64,000 nucleotides of DNA. It comes from Octopus sinensis. Taxonomy: Eukaryota. Positions 38,020 through 51,900 of this stretch are shown piece by piece; within the stretch, counting starts at the first letter, position 1, and each line of letters starts with the position of its first letter. The translations under genes and the position numbers were made by a program. The notes below the pieces were generated by a model. The model did no database searches. It worked only from the letters and a program-made list of their open reading frames with translations, and had not been told where the DNA came from. The stretch lies in the NCBI RefSeq assembly GCF_006345805.1, contig NC_042999.1:154566001-154630000 (forward strand), read 5' to 3'.

Positions 38020-39025
38020 TGGGGAACTGGCAGAATCGTAGGTAGGCCGGACAAAATGCTTAGCAACAGTTAGTCCGACTTTGCTTCTTGTGTTCAAATT
38101 CCTCCGAGGTTGACATTGCCTTTCATCCTTTCAGGGTCAATAAAATAAGTACCAGTTGAGCACTGGGAGCGATGTAATTGGTTTAGCCCCTTGCCCTGAA
38201 ATTGCTGGCCTTGTGCCTAAATTTGAAACCGGTTTTATTACTGGTGGCAGAATCGTTAGCGCGCCGGGCAAAATGCTTAGCGGTATTTCGTCTGCCGCTA
38301 CATTATGAGTTCAAATTCCGCCGAGGTCGACTTTGCCTTTCATCCTTTCGGGGTCGATTTAATAAGTACCAGTTACGCACTGGGGTCGATATAATAGACT
38401 TAATCCGTTTGTATGACCTTGTTTGTCCTCTCTGTGTTTAGCCCCTTGTGGGTAGTAAAGAAATAGGTATTTCGCCCGTCTGTACGTTCTGAGTTCAAAT
38501 CCCACCGTGGTCGACATTGCCTTACGTTGCCGTTACTAAACAGTTCGACAGAAGAGACGATAGAATTACTACTGGACCTAAATAATAGTGTTGGGTTCTT
38601 TTTGTTCGACTAAACTTTTATAGATGGTGCTCTAGCATGGTCGCAGCTTGCAGCTATATTAAGTAAAAATTTCAATCTTATATCAGTAATTAATTCGAGC
38701 GTTACCCGTCATATGACGGGTAACTTTGGAAGGTATTCTTTTGCCACATAAGTTATTTGATAAAAATTATTTTCCATTATTCTTATTACTACCCACAGAC
38801 AAAGGTGTATGGGCGACGAGCTGGCAGAATCGTTAGCGCGCCGGGCAAAATGCTTAGCAGCATTTCGTCCGTCTTTACGTTCTGGGTTCAAATTTCGCCG
38901 AAGTCGGCTTTTGCCTTTTATCCCTTCTAGACCAATAAAATAAGTACTGTTACCTTCTGAGATCGATGTAATCGACTAACCCCCTTCCTCGAAATTGCTG
39001 GCTTTGTGCCAAATTTTGAAACCAA
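38020..39025 (+). mobile_element. Cluster of SINE B copies (38020-38230, dimer 38240-38525, 38812-39025)
   Basis: Family motifs; junction at 38465/38466. Confidence 0.8.
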
Positions 39026-39381
39026 TATTATTATAGTAATTATAGTAGTTTATTTGGAACATTTTCAGGTAAGTTCTTAAGTTCGCAAATGCCCTAGAGA
39101 TTTAATGGGGAACACTTACTCGACTAACGAACAGTTTACTTGAAAAAGCATCTAAGGAAAATATTCATTACAATAACTATTAACTTTTGCAGAGTATTTT
39201 CTCTTCAGTTACAGACAACTACTCTGTCATTTACTCCTCCTCATCCTCCTGGTCTTTCTCCTGTGTCTCTGTGGCTATTTCTAGCATACTCTGTGTGTAT
39301 AGCATTCACTCACACATTGCCTGCCACCAAACCTACTATGTGCACTCATACTGCATCACCTCCTACCTTAAATCTCTCTCT

Positions 39382-39456
<75 letters not shown>

Positions 39457-39694
39457 ATATATATATATAATACATGTATTATTTATTACTTCGTACTTTA
39501 TTTAGTTCTAGGTAAATGTTTTATCGTATCTTTAATTTTTTTCTATATGGTATGATTTAAGTATATCATTGTTGAATTGCTACATGGTGGTTCTTCTGTA
39601 ATTTATATACCTGTAATATATATTGTGAAATTTGATTTAGTATTGCTAAATTGAATTTTCCCCTGTAAGTTTGGAATCATATTCCGCAATATTA

Positions 39695-39745
<51 letters not shown>

Positions 39746-40284
39746 CTTTCTCTGTACTATATAAAGCATGAATGGGATAAGTTAAAGAAACAAACAAACA
39801 ACCGATTAACCAATATTTATAAAGGCTATTATCAAATAAAGATTCCATTCCCGATAATCTTTAAACAAAATGTAAACTGTTAGATAATTTGTCGCGTAGA
39901 GATATATATTTAATGGCTACTAAAATCGTTCCATAAATTAACTCTTCTCTTACCTTAGCGCAAAAGAATTTCTTTCATCTACTCGAGTCATTTCTTTAGA
40001 GCTGACAAATTTACAAAGAGAAATCTGCAGCTGTTTAAAGACTCGCTAAATAATAATAATAAAAGGAAAAATAGCTCACCCACTCGTTTCTCTGATATAA
40101 AACGTCTGCAATTATAAAATATCGTTTCTTGAGAAGCGATATTTTACTGAGAGAAGACATATTCAAACGGCTGGAATAGACAACGAGAATGTTGTAGATT
40201 TAATAGTTTTCGATATCAATTACGGACGGCTAATCAGGACCACTAAACATTCCTACTACAAATATACACTAACTTCCAGAATTG

Positions 40285-40876
40285 TATATACATACATACA
40301 TACATACATACATACATACATACATACATACATACATACATACATACATACATACATACGCACATACATACATACATACATGCATGCATACATACATACA
40401 TACATACATACATACATACATACATACATGCATGCATACATACATACATACATACATACATACATACAGTGGTTGGGGCAGCGGACTCGCGGTCATAGGA
40501 TTGCGGTTTCGATTCCCAGACCGGGCGTTGTGAGTGTTTATTGAGCGAAAACACCTAAAGCTCCACGAGGCTCCGGCAGGGGATGGTGGTGATCCCTGCT
40601 GTACTCTTTCACCACAACTTTCTCTCACTCTTACTTCCTGTTTCTGTTGTACCTGTATTTCAAAGGGCCTGCCTTGTCACTCTCTGTGTCACGCTGAATA
40701 TCCCCGAGAACTACGTTAAGGGTACACGTGTCTGTGGAGTGCTCAGCCAGTTACACGTTAATTTCACGAGCAGGCTGTTCCGTTGATTCGGATCAACCGG
40801 AACCCTCATCGTGGTAACCGACGGAGTGCTTCACATACATACATACATACATACATACATACATACATACATACAT
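40285..40876 (+). mobile_element. SINE C (40468-40835) embedded in a (CATA)n array
   Basis: (CATA)n on both sides; full C body ending CGTGGTAACCGACGGAGTGC. Confidence 0.85.
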
Positions 40877-40879
40877 AGG

Positions 40880-41200
40880 ATAGAAAAGAGAAACTGTGCA
40901 CAGTTGTGGAAATTAGCTGTTCAGCGAATGTTAATATAAAGCTGAAGATCAGTGAAAAAGAAAACACCTACGCTGAACTATTGAGGAATCTGCAGTTGGT
41001 CTATCCAGATTACAAGTTCAGATTTATACCTGTAATTATTGGGGCCCTGGGATATGTAACACATTGCCTAAATACCAATCTTGAGAAATTAGGATTCCCA
41101 AAACCAGAAAGGATAAAGCTAATTCGACGACTACAGATCCAACTCATCACTGGAACTGTAAAAATCTGTAAAACTTTCCAGAAGTTTATTATTTAAATAT
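40880..41200 (+). mobile_element. RLE LINE C-terminus (distinct family 4)
   Basis: ORF 40906-41196 EISCSANVNIKLKISEKENTYAELLRNL...FIPVIIGALG...GTVKICKTF. Confidence 0.8.
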
Positions 41201-41261
41201 ATATGAGCGTGTCTAGATATGCAATTATGTGCATGAGAATACATGCATAAAACATACAAAT

Positions 41262-42935
41262 ATTTGCCTTTCATCCTTTTGAGGTCGATATATTAAGTAC
41301 CAGTTGCGTATTGAGGTCGATCTAATCGACTGGCCGCCTCCCCAAAAATTTCGGGTTTTGTGCCTAGAGTAGAAAAAATATTTTAAAGGCGGTGAGCTGG
41401 CAGAAAAGTTAGCACACCGGGCGAAATACTTAGCAGTATTTTCTTCTGTCTTTACGTTCTGAGTTCAAACTCCGCCGAGATCGACTTTGCCTTTCATCCT
41501 TTCGAAGTCGATAAATTAATTATCTGTTACGCACTGAGGTCGATCTAATCGGCTGGTTCTCTCCTACCAAATTTTGGGCCTTCTGCCTAGAGTTGAAAAG
41601 AATATTATGGGGTTTAAGATGGGGTTTAATGAGTATGGAAAACACATAACATTGTGTGTGTGTGTGCGTGTCTGTGTGTGTATGTGTGAGAGTGTGCGTG
41701 TGTGCGTGTGCATGTGACTCTGTGTGTGTGTGATATTGCGTGGTGTGTGTATGTGTGTATGCGTGTGTGAAGGTGCTTGGCTTAGTGGTTAGGCTATTTG
41801 GCACACGAGCTAACGATCGTGAGTTCGATACGACCACGACGTGTTGTGCTCTTGAGCAAAGTACTTTATTTCACATTGTTCCAGTCCACTCAGCTGGCAA
41901 AAGTGATCCATGCCTGTACTTTGAGGGGGCAGCCTTGTCACGTCCGGTGTCACGCTGAATCTTCAAGAAAACTGTGTTGAGGGTATTCGTGTCTGCGGAG
42001 TACTCAGCCTTTTGCACATTAGTTTCACAAGCGAGCTGTCCCGTTAATCGGATCAACTGGAATCTTTGTCGTCGTATCCGATGGAGTGTCTGTTACTGTG
42101 TGTGATAAACACTTGTACAACACGAGTACTCCTCTCTGAGTCAGCGTGATTATTACCTAGTGAAGGCCAAAGTACGATGACCAGTAGTCAAATGAAACTG
42201 CAGTTTTGTACCAGAGTGTCCCCTACCTAGAATGATGCCATGACAACAGCTGCGGATCCCTCACGCCCGGTGGTTTTACTAGGATCAGCAGTTGGGTGTA
42301 GCCGGTAACAGGTTTGGGTTTACGTCCTGCAAGGTGTCCGACGAAAACCACCCTCTTTGCTAAAAGGGCTCAGCAAGAAAGGTGGCTTAGACACCGACCG
42401 CCCGACTATGCAACAGGGTATGCTGGGTTACACGCTACTAGTAGCACCTAGAATGATCTCACATATTTACATATATGCATATATAAATGCACACAAACAC
42501 ACTCACGCATGCATATATAAATATATATGCGTGTATGTGTGTGTGTGTGTGCGTGTGTGTGGAGGTACAATGGCCCTGTGGTTAGGGCAGCGGATTCGAG
42601 GTCATAGATTCGCGGTTTCGATTCCAAGACCGGATGCTGTGAGTGTTTATTGAGCGAAAACACTTAAGCTCCGCGTGACTCTGGCAGGAGGTGGTGGCGA
42701 ACCCTGCTCTACTCTTTCACCACAACTTTCACTCTTTCTTCCTGTTTCTGTTGTACCTGTATTTCAAAGGGCCAGCCTTGTCACACTCCGTGTCACGCTG
42801 AACCTCCCCGAGAACTACGTTAAGAGTACACGTGTCTGTGGAGTGCTCAGCTACTTGCACATTAATTTCACGATCAGACTGTTCCGTTGATCGGATCCAC
42901 CGGAACCCTCGTCGTCGTGACCGACGGAGTGCTGT
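41262..42935 (+). mobile_element. SINE cluster: B (41262-41605), D/C hybrid (41765-42090), C (42560-42935)
   Basis: Family motifs. Confidence 0.75.
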
Positions 42936-43208
42936 AATAGTAGTGTTTGTGTGTGTGTGTATGTATGTATGTATGTATGTATGTATGTATGTATGTATGT
43001 ATGTATGTATGTATGTATGTATGTGTGTGTGTATAAATCAAAGGTAGGACAGAAAGAACACAACAAACGGGAACTAACATAACACAACGTGCGGGAAAAT
43101 AGATGATAACGGTAAACGGGACAAAAACAAGATACACGGATCATCGACAGCGGATTTCCTCATCAGTCGGAGTCCGGAAAGTCATTGTAGTTTCGCCCCC
43201 TTATCTCC

Positions 43209-43248
<40 letters not shown>

Positions 43249-43790
43249 AGATGTACTCGCATAGCAAGTGATTTGATCTGAGATCGTGTGCTGAAACGAA
43301 AACAATTGCAGCGTGGAAGGTGTTTGTAAGCCATTTAAGAAACACACAAAAGCCGTTCGATTCACTTCAACATTTAAGTTTAATTTGTCAAAATATTTTC
43401 GTCGCTAAAATCCGCGACCTGTTCATTGACAAATTTCCGTGCTGCATCAGTCATATGTATATAGTCATATGTATTATATGTGTTTACTTCTATATTCATA
43501 TACATAAGTACCTATATGATTATATAACTGTATACACACATACACACATACGTACATATTTACATATACACATACACAGACACGTATACATATTCAAATA
43601 TTCACATTTGTATATATCATATATATAATCATACATACATACACACATTTAGATATATAGATGCACACATACACACACACACATATGTATGTATTATCGA
43701 GTGTCGCCAGTCCATCAATCATCTTTAAGACACTTGTTCTAACAAGAAAGACATTTAATTTCCTCTGTTAATCTCTTTGTGTATGTGTGT

Positions 43791-43850
<60 letters not shown>

Positions 43851-44284
43851 CTTTCTTCAAAGCAAGAATTAAAAGAAAGACTGGTTTGATCACCTTTTCA
43901 AAAGATAAATGTTTCTGGCTGCTTCATGCGTATAGTGTATGTAGATTCTGATAGTGATACGATGATCTCGCCTTTAACACGCAGAATCGCCATTGATAAA
44001 AATTTGAGCGGGGACTTCGTACTAGCATCAGCTTACAATGAGTGGGAGTGATATATTGGAGGGAGTAGGAGTGAATACTTTATGGAGTATTTACATATAT
44101 TTATAATATGGGTGGGGTTTGTGTGATATACTGTTCATGTAATATGAGAGTGTGAGGGTGAGTAATTGTTGCTGAGTACGAGCATACCAGAACTTACATC
44201 GATCAATGGTTCCAAGACATGCGACGTAACTCGAAAAACGATGTAACACGAAAACATTTTTTCAGAATTATATTAGCTTATTCT

Positions 44285-44722
44285 TTTAATCTTTTATTCT
44301 TTTACTTGTTTCAGTCATTTGACTGCGGCCATGCTGGAGCACCGCCTTGGGCGGGTTTAGTCGAACGAATCGACCCCAGGACTTATTTTTAAGCCTAGTA
44401 CTTATTCTATCGATGTCTTTTACTGAACCGCTAAGTTGCGGGAACGTAAACACACCAATACCGGTTGTCAAGCAGCGATGGGGAAACAAACACAGACACA
44501 GACACACATATCACACACACACACACATATATATGTATATATATATATATATATATAAACGATGGGCTTCTTACAGTTTCCGTCTACCAAATCTACTCAC
44601 AGGGCTTTAGTCGACCCGAAGCTTTAGTAGAAGACACTTGCTCAAGGTGCCACGCAGTGGGATTGAACACGGAACTATGTGGTTAGGAAGCAAGCTTCTT
44701 ACCTCACACCCACGCCCGCACC
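44285..44722 (-). mobile_element. SINE family A
   Basis: Full head-microsatellite-tail layout. Confidence 0.85.
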
Positions 44723-45950
44723 TATATCTATTTTAATTAATGATTTGCCCAATTTTTCACTTGTATTTCATTCTATTTTCCACTTCGTTATTGGTTTTTT
44801 AGTTGTATTTCAAAATATTTTATGGCTTTTAATATGTTGTCTGAGAGCGATGTAAAGCTGAATAAACCGACTGAAGTTGAGGTTTTTCTTCTATTGAGTT
44901 CTTAAAAATACGACGTAAAGTCGTAAAAGACGTAACTCGAAACACCGCGAATTGAGGTTCGCCAGAATTTAAATTACAATTGATGGAGTAGGTGTGAATA
45001 TTTGTGAATATTTTATGGGATTTTGACAGAGTGGGCATGGTTTATTTGATGGACAGTTTTGTATTATATCGAGAGGGCGGGAATAAGGAATTGGAAATGG
45101 TATTTAAATTACCATTGAAGAGTGTAGGAGCGAATATTTGATGGAATATTCAAATACATTGACCAAGTAGGTATGGTTTATTTGATTGCGAGAGTGAGCG
45201 TAAGAATATTCAAATATATTGATAAAGTGGGTGTGGTTTATTTGACAAGTTTTTATCAAATTGAGAGAATGGTTGCAAGTTCTTATATATGTTATTTAAA
45301 TTACTCTCAGAAGGTAACAATAAATATTTGATGAGATATTCAAATATATTCATAGAAAAGCAGTCGTTAACTTGAGTCCATAATTAAACTACTTTTTAAA
45401 AAGTGAGATTGAGTATTAAGTTATTCAAATAGCATTCAGAGGTAGAGAATGACTGGTTGACAGCAAAGTCAGTGAAGTTACATTAAGAGTGTGGGTGGTA
45501 CTATATAGAAGCATATTTATACTTGATTAAAGAGAGAATGGAGTATAATATTCAAATTACACTAAATCAGGGCGTGGTGATTATTTGATTGTGGGTGAGA
45601 CATTATAATTACGATTGGATTGCGAGTGTAAGAGTGTGTGAGTGATAGAATATTCAAATGACTTTAAGAAGGCGGGGTTGATTACTTGATAGAACAGTAG
45701 AATGGTTTTTTGGTGGTGGTGGCGGCGGTGGTGGTGGGCGGGGGCATTTAATAAGACATTGTAATCGAAGATGGAAATTGAAAATGGTATGTGAGTAACG
45801 GCGTTCCTTTACTGTTTGGTTCGCGGGGGATGGCCCTTAAGGCACCTATCACCTTCAAGTTCCTAAAACACATTTTCAAGACTGATTTTAGTTACCTTCT
45901 GGAAGTGTGGGTCGAGTGTTTGTTGGCATATTCACATCCTTAACCGGAAT

Positions 45951-46336
45951 GGATGGAAGCACTCCGTCGGTTACGACGATGAGGGTTCCGGTTGATCCGA
46001 CTCAACGGAACAGCCTGCTCGTGAAATTAACGTGTAAGTGGCTGAGCACTCCACAGACACGTGCACCCTTAACGTAGTTCTCGGGGATATTCAGCGTGAC
46101 ACAGAGTGTGACAAGGCCGGCCCCTTGAAATACAGGTACAACAGAAACAGGAAGTAAGAGTGAGAGAAAGTTGTGGTGAAAGAGTACAGCAGGGATCACC
46201 ACCATCCCCTGTCGGAGCCTCGCGGAGCTTTTAGGTGTTTTCGCTCAATAAACACACACAACGCCCGGTCTGGGAATCGAAACCGCGATCCTACGACCGC
46301 GAGTCCGCTGCCCTAACCACTGGGCCATTGCGCCTC
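45951..46336 (-). mobile_element. SINE C with TSD
   Basis: CAT(C)CTTAACCGGAAT at ~45935-45950 and ~46337-46351. Confidence 0.85.
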
Positions 46337-46469
46337 CATCTTAACCGGAATCCAGTTGCTATAAATAACAAAGCATTCCATTCTATCAGGCAGGGGTCTC
46401 GTATCTTTGGGCGGCAAACGGGATTTAACTGGCTGGGGTAGTTATTTACAGAGTTGTATCTTCATGTCT

Positions 46470-46789
46470 GTGGAGGCACATAGCCTAGTAGTTAGAGCAG
46501 CATACTCGCCATCGTGGTCTCGCGTGTTTGAATATCGGACTGGGAAATGTGTGTGTTTATGAGCGAAAAACCTATGTTCCACGCGGCTCCGGTAGAAGGT
46601 AATGGCGAACTTCTACTGACTTTTTCGCCACAACTTTCTCTCACTCTTTCCTCCTGCATCTTGCAGCTCACCTGCGACGGACCGGCGTCCCGTCCAGGTG
46701 GGGAACCTATACGCCAAGGAAACCGGGAAACTGGCCCTTATGAGCCAATCATGGTTCGAGAAGGAACAAACAACATCTACACGTCTACC

Positions 46790-46790
<1 letters not shown>
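46470..46790 (+). mobile_element. SINE with C-like head and V-domain-like tail
   Basis: CCTGCGACGGACCGGCGTCCCGTCCAGG resembles the V-SINE conserved domain (recalled, not searched). Confidence 0.55.
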
Positions 46791-46820
<30 letters not shown>

Positions 46821-46872
46821 GGCATGACTCGAGAAGGAAAGGAACAAACGACAACATCACTATCTACATGTC

Positions 46873-46954
<82 letters not shown>

Positions 46955-46956
<2 letters not shown>

Positions 46957-47163
46957 CCATGTTGATTCGTTAGCTACTGCACGCATTTTTTTTCTCTCCT
47001 TCTTTCTGTGTTTTTCTCTCTCTGTGTATCTTTCTGTTGAAGAGCGTAGGCTCGAAACGTTAAAGACTTGTTTTATTTATATTTCCTGAGCGCCATACTA
47101 ATACAATTGTTCGTTTGTTTTCCACCTGCCTTCGTCTTTTGTTTATTTTCATAAAGCTTCCCG

Positions 47164-47170
<7 letters not shown>
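46955..47170 (+). mobile_element. Penelope-like terminal-repeat fragment with hammerhead motif at 47029-47066
   Basis: TCTTT-CTGTTGA-A-GAGC-GTAG-GCTC-GAAACGTT-AAAGA; flanked by (TA)n. Confidence 0.6.
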
Positions 47171-47210
<40 letters not shown>

Positions 47211-47462
47211 TTGTGTATGTGTCTGTATGTATGTATGTGCGAATATTGATTTTAACGGATAATTGATTGTGGGCCAAGGCATTTGTATCAATACTGCTGA
47301 TAAAATACGAACGTCCGGTCTTTTGTCCAACTCATCAAATTATTTTTAACATGATTAACTGTTCTTCATAATATTGTCCAAAAGATTCAGAATTACTATC
47401 GATTCCTTAATGACAAAAATTTAATAATTTCCACTTTTAAACCACCACCACCCCAGCACACA

Positions 47463-47508
<46 letters not shown>

Positions 47509-50500
47509 CACATACACACAGGTAGAAATCAATATGCCTAGATTGAATTTCTTTATTAGTTTACTGATAATTTATTAGTTGTAAAATATGATAGTATTGA
47601 GACCATTAGTATCGATGATGATCATGATCATGATGATTATTATTATAAGAGAAAATCATCTTTAAAAGATAGTATATCAATGCTGGTTTTAAATTTTAGC
47701 ACAAGGCCAGCAATTCCGGGAGACGGGGTAAGTCGATTAGATCGACCCTAGTTTTCAGTTGGTACTTATATTTTATTGACTGCGAAAGGATGAAAGCCAA
47801 ATCGACCTGGGTGGAATTTAAATTCAGAACGTAAAGGCAGACAAAATATCGCTAAGAATTTCTCCCCAAAGTGGTATCGATTCTTCCAACTTGCCTTAAT
47901 GTAGCAACATTAACATAATATACCAACATTATCGCAATATACACGATATATCATCGTTAACATAGTTAATCGACATTAATACTACATATCAGCATTAACA
48001 TAATATGATATCGAGCATACTATCGAACCCATGGTCTGGCAATTGTGAGCGTAACACCCTAACCAGTAGGCCATAAACCTTCACTGTGAAGGCCTCAGAA
48101 TGAATAAGCAAATTATTTATTTACTGATCTCTATACTTAAGAGCTCTAGCCATGATGTAGCTTTGTCTGAGGAGATACACAACGAGGTCGAAACAACGCT
48201 TTGTCTCAGACTGGGGCAGTGGAAAGTTCCAAGGAGGCATTGAAAAAATGGAGCAATAATGGGGGGGGGTGATTCATGTAAAAAGTGGAGCGATAAAAAG
48301 TGGAGCGATTCATGTGAAAACAACATAATGGGTTCATTAGGTTAAGTTTTGTGAAATACAGTTGTTTTGAATTTGCTTCAGAAAGAGGTCTACGTTTGTG
48401 ATGGTTAGTTGGGGTGGGAGCTCTAGGAATGTGGCCTGGGTGTCAAGGGGGCGGAAGCCCAATAAAGTTTGGGAAGCACTGGTCTAAAGGGAGAAAGTCT
48501 TCTCCGTTGAATCTCTCCAGAGCACAAGTTCTTGTTGACAGAAAGCGACAGCAATCAGATATTTCTGTTCGAATCTGCCAGAACGTATAAGAATGAATAG
48601 ATTCGTTACTGTTTGGGTTTTTTCCGTTCTGTGAGCGCCTCATGAAGGATTATCTGTTTGGCAGACATTAGCACACATCAGCAAACAATTTACTGATTCT
48701 TATAAACAAGAACTTGTGCTCTGGAGAGATTCATCGGTTCAGCTATGGGGTGGCTTTCACTGAGAAGACACAATGAAGTCGAAACACTGTTCTATCTTAA
48801 AGTCCCTTTGCAATTGTGATGAACACACGTGATTTATTCGACAAATATAATGATTATGAGATATGGTGTTCATGCTTTTGTTTAATTCCAAAGATTGTCA
48901 AAGAAATACGAGTTAAATGTCTTTCACTTTCCAAACTCAATTGGTTTGCAAGTTTTGTTCGTTGCTCTTCGACGTGTCACCCGCTATTGTCATAATTTGT
49001 TACTGAGCTTCATAACATATTGAATTAAGTTACTACTCCACACACCCATCATCAAACTAATGGTGTTTGTTTTGTATTTCCAATTCTGCTGTCAGCCAAA
49101 GCATGTTTATTGTTGGTAGTATCAAACTACTTTGACATCCATTGTTAGCAACAGATCAATTATTTCCATTAATCCTAACGGCTTCCTCCTTTTGTGACGT
49201 CGTTATTCGACTACGCGCACTTCAGTTAATGATTTCTTCTATCCTGGTGATTGTATGGATGTTATATAATAATCCTCATGTAATAACTGGCAGCTTTTCT
49301 TTGACTGTTCGTTTTTCACTCGTTTAAGCATGTCAATTATTTGCTACAAGAAAACTTTTATAGCATGAATTCATTTTTTTTAAAATCGTGCAAAACAATG
49401 AGTTAATTCATACTGCCTTTTCAATAAAAAAGCGGGTTTGCGAGCTGGCAGAATCGTTAGCACGCCGGACAAAATTCTTAGTGGCTTTTCAGCCGTCTTT
49501 ACGTTCTGAGTTCAAATTCTGCCGAGGTCCATTTTGCTTTTCATCCTTTCGGCATCAATAAAATGAGCACCATCGACTTTCCCCATCCTCGAAAATTGCT
49601 GGCTCTGTGCTAGAACTTAAACCAATCCTGATCACGCTATTTTATTAGCATTGTCACGCGTTTGAGAATTTAAAAAATTATTTTTGTATCTTTCAATACA
49701 TCTCAACGCTTTTAAAACAAACTTTGTTTATTTACTTTCATCGTAAGTTGAATTTAACGTTAGCGTCTTATGAAGCTAAATTTATAAGTTCTAAAATTTA
49801 GAACGGTTGACGTAAATTTAGGCACGCAATGTACATGCTTTAAATACGCCGCCTCACTTAGAACCTGTCACTTGAGTTAGTAGCGGTCCACCTGCTAATT
49901 GATCGGCCGATTAGATGTTTCATGTAAATATTTACAATACGATAGGCTGGTCCTGCTACTCCGACTCTGTCAACTTCGTCGTCGCATCCTGTTTCCTCGA
50001 ATTTACGGTCGTCGATTCAAGAAGCTACACCAAGCTCCACCACCTCACCAGTTGTTTCTTCTGGTTCGGACGATACCTCAGAGAGACTATTTTCCTAGTT
50101 CAGAATCAGATGATTCCGATAGCGATAATGATATTCCGGTGAATCAAAGGTACAGGCTCTGAACAGGGAGCTAGTCGGTCACAGGGTTAAATCGCAAGCC
50201 CCACAGTCTAAAAATCTAACGATCGAACTTCTAATAAGACTACGTTATCCAATATTTCCTTAAGACGATTATGTGATTTAAGCAGGATTTAGCCGCTCTT
50301 TCTGACAAGCCGATCGACCAAGTACAGGCTCCTTCCATCGGTTCAATTAAGCAGGATGCGACAGAAACTCTTCCATATTTTAATTTATCAAGAAAGCTAA
50401 ATCTGGAATGTTTTTTGCCGTATTTTGTAGTTAATTTTTATCTGATTGATAAAATATTTAATAGCAATTATTCCATTTGATCGGTAGGTGTGGTTTTTAA

Positions 50501-51329
50501 ATTATGCCACCATAGCATTTTACTACTTTCTTTGGAAATTTGAGATAATTAATTGTTAAACGATTCATACAATTCATTTTATCACCTTCATAGCTCAACG
50601 ACAGATTAGGGAATTACGAAATCTTATTAAATTAATTATGTAATAGATTATTTGATATCGGTGCATTGTGTAAACAGATATAACCGTTCGTTATAGACAC
50701 ATAAAAGAGTAAGTCAAACTAAAGCTATAGTGACTCGGAGATTTAGTTAAGAGCAAAATCTTTATAGCATCTCCCAATTAGTCGATGTCGTGTTATAGTC
50801 TCACTGAGCACTAGTTTTCCTCCGTTGAAGTGAATCTAACGGTTTTGTGTGTTTTTAAATGGCTTATAATCACCATCCACGCTGAAATTAAGTATCATAA
50901 ATGCAACAAACAACTTTTATCTTAATATAACACAAAATTCAAATACGTAACTAAAAGCTCAGTGAAGCAAGTTCCAAAATTCACTTTAATATAGCCGTAT
51001 GTCATGCTTTTTGTTGTTTTTTCCCCCTTTTCCCTTATACTATTCCGTAATTATTTCCTCTTGTCACACCACGTATTTTTGCTATCTTGTATATCGACCT
51101 GAAGGCGAGTTTATTCATATTTTTAGTTAAGTTAAGTTAACTTAACTTTTAGTTTCGTACTTCATTACTTTATATTGAAAGTTTCGTAATTCTTTAATAT
51201 CTTTACATCCCCGAAATGTAACGGTTTCTTGCTTCGATTATATTGTGTATATTGTACGATTCTTAGTATTCTTTTATTACAAATTTGAACCTGCTGTTCC
51301 AGTTATCGCTCCACATCACAATTTCGTGT

Positions 51330-51900
51330 ATTTACGAAATTAGTAACGTGCCAGTATCCCAGCACAGATGTAATGTCTTCATTATTTTGATAGCTTCCTT
51401 AACAGAAACACTATCATCTCGCCGATAATTCAAAAACGCTCTTACAAAAGTTGAATACGCGATTTTGTTTCCCAACTTCCATATACATCATTTCTAATGT
51501 TATTTTGAAATCGTTTTAGATAGAATTTCCAAAGAGAAGAAAAGCAACCGAGTCCTCTTCTCGGAATCCAATGTCCAATAGTTTAACAAGTGCTTCTATT
51601 CCTCTTTTTCCCTGGCAAACCTTTTCTTTTCCTTCTTTTTGAGATAGTAATTGCATTCCTCGCTTTTAACGTGGTTAGTTTCACAGACATCTTTGTAATA
51701 TCCTCGCTATAAGTTTCATGTTGTTTCTGAGTTTCTTCAATGAATATCGAGTATTTAAATTACTTGTATTCGTTTTCTGATATATTGATTTCTTTGTTCG
51801 TAAATTCTGTAAGTCGGAAATAAACCTGTGAAGATCTATTTCTAATGTTTTCGTTTGAACACCACTTAGCGATAGAAAGCTTTTCTGGTTGGCGACTCGT
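51330..51900 (-). pseudogene. Decayed coding-like fragment, possibly helical (ARM-like) repeats
   Basis: Frameshifted GMQLLSQKEGKEKVCQGKRGIEALVKLLDIGFREEDSVAFLLFGNSI and RDDSVSVKEAIKIMKTLHLCW; several stops. Confidence 0.3.

Noticed and set aside
40468-40540. tRNA gene-like sequences at SINE heads (also 32058-32115, 42560, 46280)
   Set aside because: A/B boxes are present but there is no acceptor stem or full cloverleaf, and each runs into a SINE body
43150-43212. Minus-strand GAAAC...CTGATGAG as a permuted hammerhead (similar partial motif at ~35490-35525)
   Set aside because: No NUH site or stem III can be formed in this order; at best a scrambled relic
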